Source: Octopus sinensis (taxonomy: Eukaryota). Taken from it: a stretch of 64,000 nt of DNA. Within the stretch, counting starts at the first letter, position 1. Every line of letters begins with the position of its first letter. The position numbers and the translations under genes were made by a program. Positions 10,441-22,244 of the stretch are shown piece after piece. A model generated the notes under the pieces. The model did no database searches. It was not told the DNA's origin and saw only the letters and a list, made by a program, of their open reading frames with translations. The stretch is from the NCBI RefSeq assembly GCF_006345805.1, contig NC_042997.1:60264001-60328000 (forward strand), written 5' to 3'.

Positions 10441-12231
10441 TTAAAATCATACCCAGGACATAGCTGTTGTTACAACGTCCTTCTCGAAAAGAAATGCACT
10501 GATATAAAACCCGTTGTTTAACGTAATTTCTGGTTATCACTCTTAGGCCTGTCAGTAGCTACTAATCACCGAAACCCGGAGAGTGGTATTTATGTTATAC
10601 AAGCATTTATCAATGATGTACAGATGCCTCTTTGTGATGACACTACTACCGTTAACGAAAAACGTTAAATAATGTGAAAAACCTAGAAAACACTCAAAAG
10701 ATGAGATGACCACAACTGTAACAGCCTTAAAATATATTATATTGGAAGTGAAAATAACTTTCAATTTTAAAATTAGTATTTATTTCTGGGAAGTTGAGTA
10801 GTTATTTATGTTTAACTCTAAAAAGTTCAATTATCACATGGTTGACCTTCCCCATTATGTCATTCTTCTACATTTTTCTCTAGCAGATCCAGCCAATGCT
10901 GGACCTGCTAGAAATAACAAACAAATTTCCCACAAATCACAACCAACTGCCTTTAAAAATGTAAGCACGTATTGGATGATGTAATTTTGTATGTACTACA
11001 TCTGAAGGGAATGGTGGGATTTCTATTGAAACGCCTCTGAACATACTTCAACTCGATCAGAGCTGTTTTTAGTTAAACAATAGCACGAAAAGTTATCTGA
11101 TATTCTAACAAAACATAACTATTAACTCTTCAACCAAATTTGTGTAACCATGTTTTTGCTTGTCGCCACCATGATAACATCATCTTTATAAGTAGATGCT
11201 TGTTCTGTGTAGTCAGACCTTGAATCTCACAAGCTGTATGAGTCATATGAAGGTTCACTCTTCTTTCTCTTTATCTGTACGTGATAAAAAAACATACTAA
11301 CTGTACAATAACACGGTAAAATTTTTGAAATGCGATAATAAATGCCATTCAAATACATTCAACTATGATCGGAAAATGAAGATTTTCAGGTTTTGTCTCA
11401 AACTAGGAAGTTATTTTTAAGTTGATTTTTTTCCCCTTTCAACTGAAACTTTCATAGACGTCTTCTTTATTTATTCCAGTCAAGATGTTCATATATTATT
11501 ATTCATTTCTTTTTACAACAGTCACACCAACTATTTCAAGACAAAACAGGAAGCAAGAGTACTTGAACAGACATAGAAGAACAGGATGCTTCCACTTTCT
11601 TCTCTATTTACAATTGAAATGAACAAACCACCATTTGTAATCAGCCTGGTGAAATTATTTCACCAAATAACACATTATTCAGAATATAGAGTTGCAAAAC
11701 TGTTTCCCGTTAACAGTTTCATGTGAAGAAAGAAAATAAGTGAACGCCCCATAGAATATTCACTAATTAATTAAAATACTTAGTGTGAAACATTCATGTG
11801 CGTATCGTTGTGCGGTTTTAGGGGTAAGAACATAAAATAATTTTTCAGCTGGCTGAGTCACTAGCGTATCAGGCGACTGAGTGAAGTTTTAAGAGTCTTT
11901 TTTTACTTAATTCCTGGCAAAGAGTAGCGTATCTAGATAGCATGTAGAGTTACTGTTTAAACCGTAAAGATCGAGTTCGCATATGACAGATGCGGGTTTG
12001 CTTAGTTTATTTTGGTCAGTGGATATTGTATCGTGGGAAACATTTGCGACATCTAGATTCAAAAGAATCGCTCAATATTGCTCAATATCACTCAGAAAGT
12101 ATCACTACACCGTGATAGATTCCGCGTAAAGATCAATATATTCCTAGTACAGATAAATGAGTGAGTGCGCGTACATATCTATATATCTACATGTTTATAT
12201 ATATAAAAAAATATATATATGTGTGTGTGTG

Positions 12232-12286
<55 letters not shown>

Positions 12287-12385
12287 ATGTGCGTGTGTGT
12301 GTACGTATGTACATGTATCCTGTTTTATTTTTTACTTGTTTCAGTTATTAGACTGCAGCCATGTTGGGGCACCGCCTTGGTGAAA

Positions 12386-12445
12386 AACAAAAGCTGCTTC
12401 CCAAGCGAGTGAAAGCATGGATTCCTAACCACTAGAATTCTTTGG

Positions 12446-12493
<48 letters not shown>

Positions 12494-12552
12494 CCAAAGA
12501 ATTCTAGTGGTTAGGGATCCATGCTCTCACTCGCTTGGGAAGCAGCTTTTGT

Positions 12553-12553
<1 letters not shown>
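12386..12553. repeat. 65-bp inverted duplication centred on (TA)n
   Basis: 12386-12450 is the reverse complement of 12489-12553 with 2 mismatches. Confidence 0.9.
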
Positions 12554-12586
<33 letters not shown>

Positions 12587-12658
12587 ATATAATATATATA
12601 TTATATATATATATATATATATATTAATCAAAATAAAAACATGATGCCAAGGATTCAG

Positions 12659-12734
12659 CGGTACATATGTTTCGGGCCTTTATTAGACGGATTTATAACA
12701 ATGCATAATGTGCGTCTGTGGCCTTCTTCAGCCG
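12659..12734 (-). ncRNA. Second copy of the same hammerhead in the 3' pLTR (sense to the element)
   Basis: Exact reverse complement of 15974-16049 within the inverted repeat. Confidence 0.7.
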
Positions 12735-14990
12735 TGCACAACTACTTCTTCAAGGACATGTATTACATCAAAAATTCTTGGTTGGGGATGCAAATCCTCT
12801 CATTCGCGTACGACGTAATGCGGCAACAGCATAATGATGAAGCGTCCATCTCGTTCTTCTCTCAATGTAGAATGAGGAAGTTTGGATGTTGAAGTAATAT
12901 AAATAAATAAATAAATATATACATATATACATATATAAATATATAAATACAGACAGACGTGAAGGAACCTGGTAATAAGAGCAAATAGAGATAAAGATGG
13001 AGGGGCGAGAATTCAGGACGAAGGATAAAAAATATATAAAAGGTGTAAGTATAGAAAAATATAAAAATGTAGAGTATAAAGATATAAAGAGATAAAAAAA
13101 ATATTAAAAAATATAAATGAATATAAAGGTATAAAGTTATAAAAATAAAAATAAAAAGTGTAAAAGAATATAAGGATAAGGGATATATAGTAGTTACGGA
13201 CCAAACATGGTGGTGAGGAAAATGACAAATTCTGGTTGTAGAAGTCTTGGGTGTCATAAATCAATCGGGGCGTCTGGGGACCTAGTGTATTGTAAATTAG
13301 AGTTGTTGAGCAGCTTATCTAGTTCTTCGTAACGTATTAAATGGTCATCGTGTACATACGCACCCGCATGGATATATACACCCATATATACGCGCACATA
13401 TACGCACGCATACGCAGCTACACGCATACAAGCATACATACGTACTCACGTGTAAACATATACAGATATATATGGAAAAAGGCGCATGTAGTTGGGTACA
13501 CGAACCGACGCGCACGCGTACGTACATACATACACTCTCATGCGTTCATATAGGCACACTCGCACTTACACGCATTTACAAGACGAAGTGAATCCCTATG
13601 CGTGTGGGCAGGAATATGTATACACATACACACGCGCGCACATACGCATATATATATACACACAACAGAATATGTATATATATACACGGACAATATACAT
13701 GTACATATATATATACACACACACACATACGCATATACATATACACACACACATACGCATACATATATATGCACATATATACATATGCATATATACACAT
13801 GTGCATACACTCACCCATACCCGCTCACGCACATATATATATGCGTGCATACATGCACACCCACGTATGCATACATACACGCATACATACATACACACGG
13901 ACCCATGCACACGTTTCCACACGCACACACACACACGTGTCCATACGTGCGTGTGCGCATACACTTAGATACGCATACACAGACACCCACACATATAGGT
14001 ATAGATATAAGATATTAAGAGATGTATAAAAAATGTATATAAGAAATCTGCAAACGCATGTAAAGAAACGGACCCACGCACACGTGTCTACACGCACGCG
14101 CACACACATCTGTGTGTCTATACGTGCGTGTACACATACACTTACATACACATACACAGACACATACACATATAGGTATAGATATAAGATATTAAAAGAT
14201 GTATAAAAATATGTATATAAGAAATTTACAAAAGCATGTAAAAAAATTATTAAAGAAGTATAACGGAGGGGTACACATCTAGACACAGATATTTACTCAT
14301 ACATACGCATACACATGTATACATATACATACATACACAGACACACGTATAATCATAAAGCGGATACATAGATAAGTAAATAAGGAAAAAGCTAAAAATA
14401 GACCTATATAGAGATATAAAGTGATAAAATAGGGGTAAAAATAGGAGTAAGAATAAGGGTAAGAATAAGAATTAGAAATAAAAATAAGAAATAAAATATA
14501 AAAATTAGAAATAAAATATAAAATTATAAAAACTATGAAAATTAAAATAAAGAATGAAAATAAAAATAAGAATAAAAGTAAAGTAAAATAAAATAGGATA
14601 AAATAAAATAAAAATGTAGTCGGGTAAGGCTTAACATGAGATGAAGGTAATAATAAAAGGTAGTTGAAAATGTAAAGTTAAAGGTGTGTGCTAAAGGTGA
14701 CCACGTAGGGGCGGGCGGGGGGAACTGAAAATTGGAAGGGTGGGACGCGGGGTTTGGTGGTGTGCGCTCAACATCAGAGTTAGAAATGGAAAAAGGCATA
14801 GATATAGGGAAACAAAAAATCTAGATAGGAAGAATGTAGGTGTAGGAGAAGAAATATATAGGAAAAAACATATATGGGAGACAAAATGTGTGTATATAGG
14901 AAAAAATATATATAGAAAAACGGGATGCGCTGGAGCCGACAGGTTGCACTTGGGTGGGAGGAAATTGCATGGGTGAGTTGGTATAATAGC

Positions 14991-16067
14991 CTAAATTTTG
15001 TAGTATTTGAAAGTATTAATAAGTTTGTGTATACAAGATGGCTTGAACTCTGACCTTTTGTTAATAAGATTGTGTTTCTCCTTGAATTTCAAGATATTCA
15101 GGAGTTCTACACAACATAGTTGGCATCCTGCTCTATTATTTAAATAAGGTGCAGCTGATCCGATGATGGACCACCTGAGTTTGAAACCTATGCTTTTGTC
15201 TTTTAATTCCCAAATTTTCTTAGAAAGGGAGGTGCTGTTAGCTTTATGCCTATGCTTAAACGAGGACCGGTGGTTGTAGTATCTAGATTTCCAGGAGGTC
15301 GAGCAACCAATGTAGGTGAGTGTGTTAAACTGGGTACTCACGTCACATGAATAGATTACGTTTTTCGCCCTACATGCACCACGTAGCGGACACTCGGATG
15401 CACATATGCAGTTGCAATGCATTGCATTTCCCGGTCGTGTGCTGTTAGTCCCAGGCGGAGGTGTTGCATTATGTGTAGGGGTACTGTTATCCTCCTGGTT
15501 GATGATGGGTGTGGTGTTGCTTCTGTTGTGTTGGCGGGTGCTATTACTAACTGTTTGGGTATTATGGTTGCCAGCCCGATTATATTGTCTACTGTCTGGA
15601 TGAATGGGGTTCGATTGGTTGTTATAGCTTGCTCTTAATCTAGCTGTTCTAATGTTAATATAGTTATGCTTAGCTATGAGGCAGCTCATGTTGGGCAGGG
15701 TAGAGTAGGAGATCCTAATGGTTTTGCTGGAGAAGATACTTCTATACTTATGGGTGGGTGGGAAGTTGTTGGAAATGATAGAGAATATTTTCTTACATAA
15801 TTTACCCCTAACTGCTATGTTGTATGGTATGTTGTACCATATATATTTGCGTAATCTACTATTTCCGCCTCTACTTCTCCTAATATGATCTATGTTGCCC
15901 TCGAATGAGAGGATTTGCATCCCCAACCAAGAATTTTTGATGTAATGCATGTCCTTGAAGAAGTAGTTGTGCACGGCTGAAGAAGGCCACAGACGCACAT
16001 TATGCATTGTTATAAATCCGTCTAATAAAGGCCCGAAACATATGTACCGCTGAATCCTTGGCATCAT
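14991..16067 (-). CDS. Open 358-aa frame: antisense-pLTR-derived N-terminus fused to PLE post-RT linker and GIY-YIG endonuclease
   Basis: IWYNIPYN...SYSTLPNM...CNCICASECPLRGAC.AKNVIY...TYIG...KSRYYNH...CQLC.VE...NKRSE...CIH, with no internal stop. Residues from about 15902-16067 come from the inverted repeat. Confidence 0.8.
   Translation of the reverse strand: MMPRIQRYICFGPLLDGFITMHNVRLWPSSAVHNYFFKDMHYIKNSWLGMQILSFEGNIDHIRRSRGGNSRLRKYIWYNIPYNIAVRGKLCKKIFSIISNNFPPTHKYRSIFSSKTIRISYSTLPNMSCLIAKHNYINIRTARLRASYNNQSNPIHPDSRQYNRAGNHNTQTVSNSTRQHNRSNTTPIINQEDNSTPTHNATPPPGTNSTRPGNAMHCNCICASECPLRGACRAKNVIYSCDVSTQFNTLTYIGCSTSWKSRYYNHRSSFKHRHKANSTSLSKKIWELKDKSIGFKLRWSIIGSAAPYLNNRAGCQLCCVELLNILKFKEKHNLINKRSEFKPSCIHKLINTFKYYKI
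15974..16049 (+). ncRNA. Minimal type-I hammerhead ribozyme with canonical core and extended stem II
   Basis: cgg-CTGAAGA-a-ggcc..agacg..cgtct..ggcc-c-GAAA-catatg-TA-ccg; palindromic stem III and GUA triplet. Confidence 0.7.
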
Positions 16068-16152
16068 GTTTTTATTTTGATTAATTTACTCCACCACCTA
16101 CACCACCAAACGGTATATACAGGTGCTTACAATTATCAAGTACTCACCCCGA

Positions 16153-16157
<5 letters not shown>

Positions 16158-16234
<77 letters not shown>

Positions 16235-16238
16235 ATAT

Positions 16239-16326
<88 letters not shown>

Positions 16327-16370
16327 TGTATGTATGTGTGTATGTATGTATGTATGTATGTGTGTATGCA
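16158..16370. repeat. (TA)n/(TATG)n microsatellite
   Basis: Simple repeats. Confidence 0.9.
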
Positions 16371-16679
16371 CAACAGTATCCCCTTTTTCAGGCTGGAGTA
16401 AGAATGTGCGCCTGTGTACATAAATTGAAAATCTAAACTCGAAAATAGTAAAAGGATTTCCATTCTGTTTCAAGAAGTCTTACCTCACGATTTAAATTTG
16501 TAATAAACAGCTACTTCCATGTTAAAATGTCTCTCATTTCCACATACTAAAACGTCAATTTTCTATTGGAACCGTACAGCTTTATAATATATATTTTTTT
16601 AATGTACAACTCAACTGAAGAGGCACAATGACAGGGCCCATCTTCAGATTATTCACATTTTTATTAAATACAGAGAAAA

Positions 16680-16900
16680 GGCAATGAGCTGGCGGAATCG
16701 TTAGCATGCCGGACAAAATGTCTAGCAGCATTTCGTCCGTCTTCTCGTTCTGAGTTCAAATTCCGCCGAGGTCGACTTTGCCTTTCATCCTTTCGAGGTC
16801 GATAAGATAAGTAGCAGTTGAACGATGGGGTCGATGTAATAGAGTAGCCCCTTGCCCCAAATTTTAGGCATTGTGCGTATAGCAGGAAGGATTATTAAAT
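16680..16900 (+). mobile_element. SINE family B
   Basis: ggcaatgagctggcggaatcgttagc...gagttcaaattccgccgaggtcgactttgcctttcatcc. Confidence 0.75.
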
Positions 16901-16926
16901 ACAAAGAAATGAAATTGTTTACTCAC

Positions 16927-16958
16927 TTGTCTCTCCTTTCGCCCGTCAGGCTTCAAAC
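16927..16958 (-). other. Candidate 32-nt exon
   Basis: Acceptor attcagatttcag and donor CAA|gtgagt; GC-richer than its flanks. Confidence 0.3.
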
Positions 16959-17048
16959 CTGAAATCTGAATTATACACACATGCATGCATAAATACGCCC
17001 AGCGGATATTAGCTTTAGCTAAAGATCGGCGAAAAAGAAAATACCTAC

Positions 17049-17106
17049 GCTGAACTACTGAGGAATCTACAGTTGCTCTGTCCAGGTTATAAGTTCAGGT
17101 TCATAC
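17049..17106 (-). other. Candidate 58-nt exon
   Basis: Acceptor catatacattacag and donor AGC|gtaggt; all three frames contain stops. Confidence 0.2.
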
Positions 17107-18139
17107 CTGTAATGTATATGTGCAGATTGGTATGTTTTGTTTATGTATGTATTTTCATGCATACAGCTGCATGTCTAGACATATTCAAATATACTTAAAG
17201 TATAAAATTCTGGAAAGTTTTACAGATTTTTATATTTCTAGTGATGACTTGAATCTGTAGTCTTCGAATCAGCTTTCTCCTTACTGGTTTTGAGAAGCCT
17301 AATTCCTCAAGAGTGGTATTTAGGCAGTGCGTTACATATCTCAGTGTCCCAATAATACATACATACATACATACAAAAATACCCTGTTGATGATGTTAAA
17401 ATTCCCATCAGGGAGACCTGGATTTAGTTTAGAAACCGGTTCTTTCTCTATTAGCTAGAAATGTTGAAATAAAACTGAAGAATGACATACATACATACAT
17501 ATATACATACATACATACATACATACATACATACATACATGCATACATACATACATACATACATACATACAAGGTTTGAGACGAACGTGAGAAGGCCAAA
17601 TTCAAATGACGTAAAAATGTGTGTGTGTATGTATGTACATATATATATGTATGTACTTATTTATGCATATACTTATGGGTATCGTGGAAAATTCATGGAT
17701 CAGAAATTGCTTTGTGGTTCATTTTATTGTTAATTTAACTTGTAGAACACTGTATTAATTGTATAAAAACGTGTCCGTCTGTATCATTTAATATAACGTA
17801 TGAACAAATATTTGTCTACCACTTTACAATTTATTTATGAGCAGCTAACCTTATGTACGTTTCCACTCAATATCAATGAAACACATTGACAAAATACAAA
17901 TTATACATAGATAATTAAACTTATATACGTTTCTACTCCGCATTCGGCTAGCTAAACAATCTGGCAGGGTTTCTACGAAATGTAGATATAGTAAAAGTAT
18001 CACATATTAGGTAACTAAAATGTATCTCACTATTTCCATGTAATTCAAACATATCTAACTATAATAGCTGCTAGATTTCTAGATACCTAAATGTACATAT
18101 CATAGGGACCATGAAACAAATGATTGACACATGCTGCTA

Positions 18140-18170
<31 letters not shown>

Positions 18171-18258
18171 TGTATGTATGTATGTATGTATGTATGTATG
18201 TATGTATGTATGTATGTATGTATGCATGTATGTATTTAAATATACATACATACAGTTT

Positions 18259-18775
18259 CCCTTGCTTGTCCATACAACCCTGAGCCCAAATATGGTCTTG
18301 TGATCTGAAAAGGCCACGAAAATGATCGTAATTGAACTAGCAATCCCGTGGGAAGAGGGGTTTGATGAGGTCTATGAACGGAAGCATGCCAGATATGAGA
18401 GTCTTTTGCAGTATTGCAGGGAGAAGGGACGGCAGGTATGGTTTTTCCCAGCCGAGGTTGGCTGTAGAGGATTCCCTGCTCAGCTGGAATGGAAGATGCT
18501 TACAACAATTTGAATAAGAGGTAAGGAGCGAAGGGTAGCTGTACGCAAGATGGAAGAAGCAGCTGAAAGACCCTTTTGTTGGTGTAAGAGAGAAGAGTTA
18601 AGCTGCAGGCCAGGAGGAGATGAGAAACAGTGTCTTGGCCATCTCTGCTGATCCACTATCGGGAGGGTGTTACGGTTCAGGGTCAAAGCACCCGATGAAC
18701 GTTGGATACTGTCTGACGACATCAGTTCTTCCTGGCCAAGGCTCCATTCACTTTGGTGAATAGATAAAGCACATC
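18259..18775 (+). mobile_element. R2-superfamily (HERO-like) RLE retrotransposon 3' fragment
   Basis: TTLSPNMVLxSEKATKMIVIELAIPWEE...RKHARYESL..CREKG..VWFFPAEVGCRGF...AAERPFCW is a degenerate PD-(D/E)xK domain. Flanked by (TATG)n. Confidence 0.7.
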
Positions 18776-19924
18776 CTTATAGGTGTTATTAACACACACA
18801 CACATATGTATGTATGTATTATGTATGTATGTATGTATGTATGTATGTATGTATGTATGTATGTATGTATGTATGGTTATTGAAAGACGGAAGATGGAAT
18901 ATACGAGAATTTTTATTAATCACAATTGTTTCGATACATCTAGCATCGATCTCTCACAGGTGGGACACTTAACAACTGGTTCAGGAGCATCCGGCAGTGC
19001 AAATGTGTGTCATCAAGTGATAAATAGATACAACTCGTTAAAATAACAGTTCCGCGATGTATCTTCTCATTTCAAAGAAAGAAAAGCAGCAAAACGAAGG
19101 AAATATCTTTGTTTATATAGATCAATAAATAAAATCACAGATGCAAAAAGGAAGCGAACACGCAATGCGGCGAGAAAAGTATCAAAAATAACCGTTAATA
19201 GATATGGATGTATAAACGCCTTCTCACAAGTTACATGGTGCATGCACACTCGCTCATACAAGCATCTACGAAAATGTAAGTATACATGTATGTATGTATG
19301 TATGTATGTATGTATGTATGTATGTATGTATGTATGTATGTATGTATGTATGTATTATATATGAGTGTATATGTGTGTATTATGTAAGTGAGAAAAAAGA
19401 GTAAACGTGCAGAATATATCTAGACATTATAAATACCATTTATCTAAACAACTATACTTGAACAACTATAAAATTTTATTCGCATTTCGCCCATTAGGTA
19501 CGAACAAAATCGGAATTAGATATTTTACAATTTTAATCATACATCTTAACTAAACAAAATATTCCCCTAAAGCTCATTTGTCCTCATAAAAGGTGGAGTG
19601 AGGCCATGAATAATACCCTAGTACTCTTATGCGTAGATTAAACACTTATTCTAGTTATGTGCAATGGTATAGTTGAACTCAAGTGTTACAAGCCAAAAAT
19701 ATCATTTATCAATTTTATTGCTATACCGCTGGTTACAGTAGTAAACCATAAGAATATTTATTAGTAATTAAAACTAGGTTAACTTAACCATTGAGAAGTG
19801 TTTCTACCAAGGACAAGTTGATCACTTCTAAAAGAAACAAACTTAAATCTCTACTGTACGTCTAGTAAACTGTGATTTCAGCTGACTGGTACACAACAAT
19901 ACTGGATGTTAATATTGGTTTCAA

Positions 19925-20130
19925 ATTTGAGCACAAGACCAGAAATTTAAAGGGGTGGAGGTAAGTCGATTATATTGACCCCAGTGCTCAACTAATACTT
20001 ATTTCATCAACCCCAAAAGGATGAAAGGCAAAGTCAGCCTCGGTAGAATTTGAACTCAAAACGTAAACACGGACAAAATATCGTTAAGCCGTTTGCACGG
20101 CGCGGTATCGATTCTGCTAGCTCGCCGTAT
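19925..20130 (-). mobile_element. SINE family B, diverged
   Basis: ggatgaaaggcaaagtc..cggtagaatttgaactca..ctagctcgccg is the reverse complement of the family B body and head. Confidence 0.65.
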
Positions 20131-20609
20131 TTTTCAGTGCTGATATTGATTTGTAACAAAAAAGGAAAAACAAAGTTGACCTTCGATGGATTCTTGATCG
20201 AAATGTAAATTCAGCAAGAGCAAGGCATAATGTCCAACGTTCGAATAATACTAATATTTCTTAAAAATTAATTTTGTTCCGAAGTTACTTCTGGTAGAGT
20301 CCGGTGTAACTCTATGTGTTAAATTTGTAAAATTAGCTGTCATTAAATAACCAGAGTAGACAGCAGTCATAAAATAGAATAAATTGTTAACAAAAGACTT
20401 TAACATTATAAGACAATGTACAGTAGATCTCTCGTGTTAAAACATTAGGAAAAATATTTAGATCATAATACCCAGTTCTTATACACATTCACGAGTTACA
20501 AAACTAACAAACATGGGAAAACAAAGAGTTTATTTTTTGCGTGATATATGGCCACACAGCCTCTCTGTCTCTCTCTCTTTCTCTCCTTTTCTCTCGCTGC
20601 ACCACTTAC

Positions 20610-20802
20610 TTTGAAACGTTCTAGTTTGTTTTTTTTAGTTTTTTTTTTGCAACTTTAAAAGAAAATTCTTCTGTGGAAGACGTTTCTCTTCAGATGATTT
20701 GCCACTTTTTATTTCATTCGGCTTTTCTTCAGAAGACAACTTAGAAAAGAAAGATTCACAGTTCGTATTTCAACAAGTTTTGAATAATGGAATAAAAGAT
20801 TC
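20610..20802 (-). other. Candidate 193-nt exon (no open frame as assembled)
   Basis: Acceptor ctaattttcag and donor AAA|gtaagt; contains homopolymer A runs. Confidence 0.25.
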
Positions 20803-21530
20803 CTGAAAATTAGTTCAATCAACAAAGCAAACGACGTAATCGGTGAGCATAAATAACTGACATATCAGAAGCCTTAAAGAATGACAACATTTTTTTCTAA
20901 ATACGTACAGTGTACTTTATTTTATCGAATGCGAAAAGGCGGAAAGGCAAAGATGACCCAGCAGAATTTGAATACAGAACGCAAAGAACCGAAACGCATA
21001 TAGCAATGCACTTTTGTTCAACGCTTAAATATGTTCAAAACATATTTGTACTCTTGCAGTGTAGCGAAGCTTATATTTTAGTATAAGTTTTTTTTTTTTT
21101 TCTGGAATGATTTCATTGTATACGCATCTGGAATATTTTGTAGAAATTTGCTGTGCTATTATTGTATGAGTTAATTGTAAATGTCGTTGCCTAACTTGTA
21201 CAACTACTTTGTCTACGTGATAATTTGTTGCTAATCTGAAACTTACTATCAGAGATACTATCTCAAGGACTTCCTCTTGTCACATGATAGACAGTCGAAA
21301 TACTTTTAGATAAAGATACCAACTTGGGATCGCCCATTTAATGAAAGAATTATAATGTTGCTTTCAAAAAGGTTGCATTGAAGCAGTTGTGTTCTGTAGA
21401 AGTAAATTGTGGACAAGAACAGAAATATTAATAGAAGAAATGAATGCTTATTGCTAAAGCACAAACTTTCTCAGCTAATAGCATTTCAGTCCATTAAAAT
21501 TCATTTTGACTCTACATGCTTTGTAAAGAT

Positions 21531-21591
<61 letters not shown>

Positions 21592-21592
21592 T

Positions 21593-21665
<73 letters not shown>

Positions 21666-21667
21666 GT

Positions 21668-21752
21668 GGAGGCGCAATGGCCCAGTGGTTAGGGCAGCGG
21701 ACTCACGGTTGTAGGATCGCGGTTTCGATTCCCAGACCGGCCGTTGTGAGTG
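21668..21752 (+). mobile_element. SINE family A, 5' portion
   Basis: Nearly identical to 4776-4860; follows (TG)n. Confidence 0.75.
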
Positions 21753-21869
21753 TGTGTAATACTGGCTAGTGTTTTGATCACAAAAATAAAGGTATGCAGC
21801 CTTGGGGTATATTTACGAGAGGGATATATGATGATCTGTCCGTTGCAATACTAGATTTAAAACTAAGAC

Positions 21870-22045
21870 GGTGACCTCGCAGAATCGTTAGATTGCCAGG
21901 CAAAATGCCTAACAAAATTTCGTCCGTTTTAAATTCTACCGAGGTCGACTTTGCCTTTCATCCCCTCGGGGCCGCGGACGATGTAATCGACTCACCCCTC
22001 CCCCGAAATTGTTGGCCTTGTGCCAAAATTTAAAACCAATATTAG
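21870..22045 (+). mobile_element. SINE family B, diverged
   Basis: gcagaatcgttag...gaggtcgactttgcctttcatcc...ggccttgtgccaaaattt. Confidence 0.65.
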
Positions 22046-22200
22046 ATTTAAAACTATAATTTCCCGAAGAGCCATAAATTTTACCAGCTGCTCATTAAGA
22101 GTAGTACAAAGGTGAGCTATAGCTACAATTACCATTTATCTTACATTTGGTGAGTTAGTTTTGACATTCTTGAGAAAATATTTCACCTGCAGACACTTAC

Positions 22201-22244
22201 CTAAATTAAGCGCATCCATCAGCGGGCTGAGTGAGTACAGCCGA
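22201..22244 (-). other. Candidate 44-nt exon
   Basis: Acceptor aatcaatcttatag and consensus donor TAG|gtaagt. Confidence 0.25.

Larger units (their letters stand above)
12623..16085 (-). mobile_element. Penelope-like element, 5'-truncated, with long low-complexity 3' UTR and an inverted 184-bp pLTR copy at its 5' end (Hydra-like clade, tentative)
   Basis: 12623-12806 is the reverse complement of 15902-16085. GIY-YIG ORF on the minus strand; HHR in both repeats; (TA)n tracts at or near both ends. Confidence 0.85.

Noticed and set aside
18660-18730. Hammerhead-like words (ctgacga, caaagc) in the HERO-like 3' UTR
   Set aside because: No intact GAAA and no consistent stems in this copy.
17049-20802. 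In-frame TGA codons in candidate exons read as selenocysteine or editing-rescued codons
   Set aside because: The 20610-20802 frame also hits TAA, no SECIS was seen, and the peptide is not selenoprotein-like.
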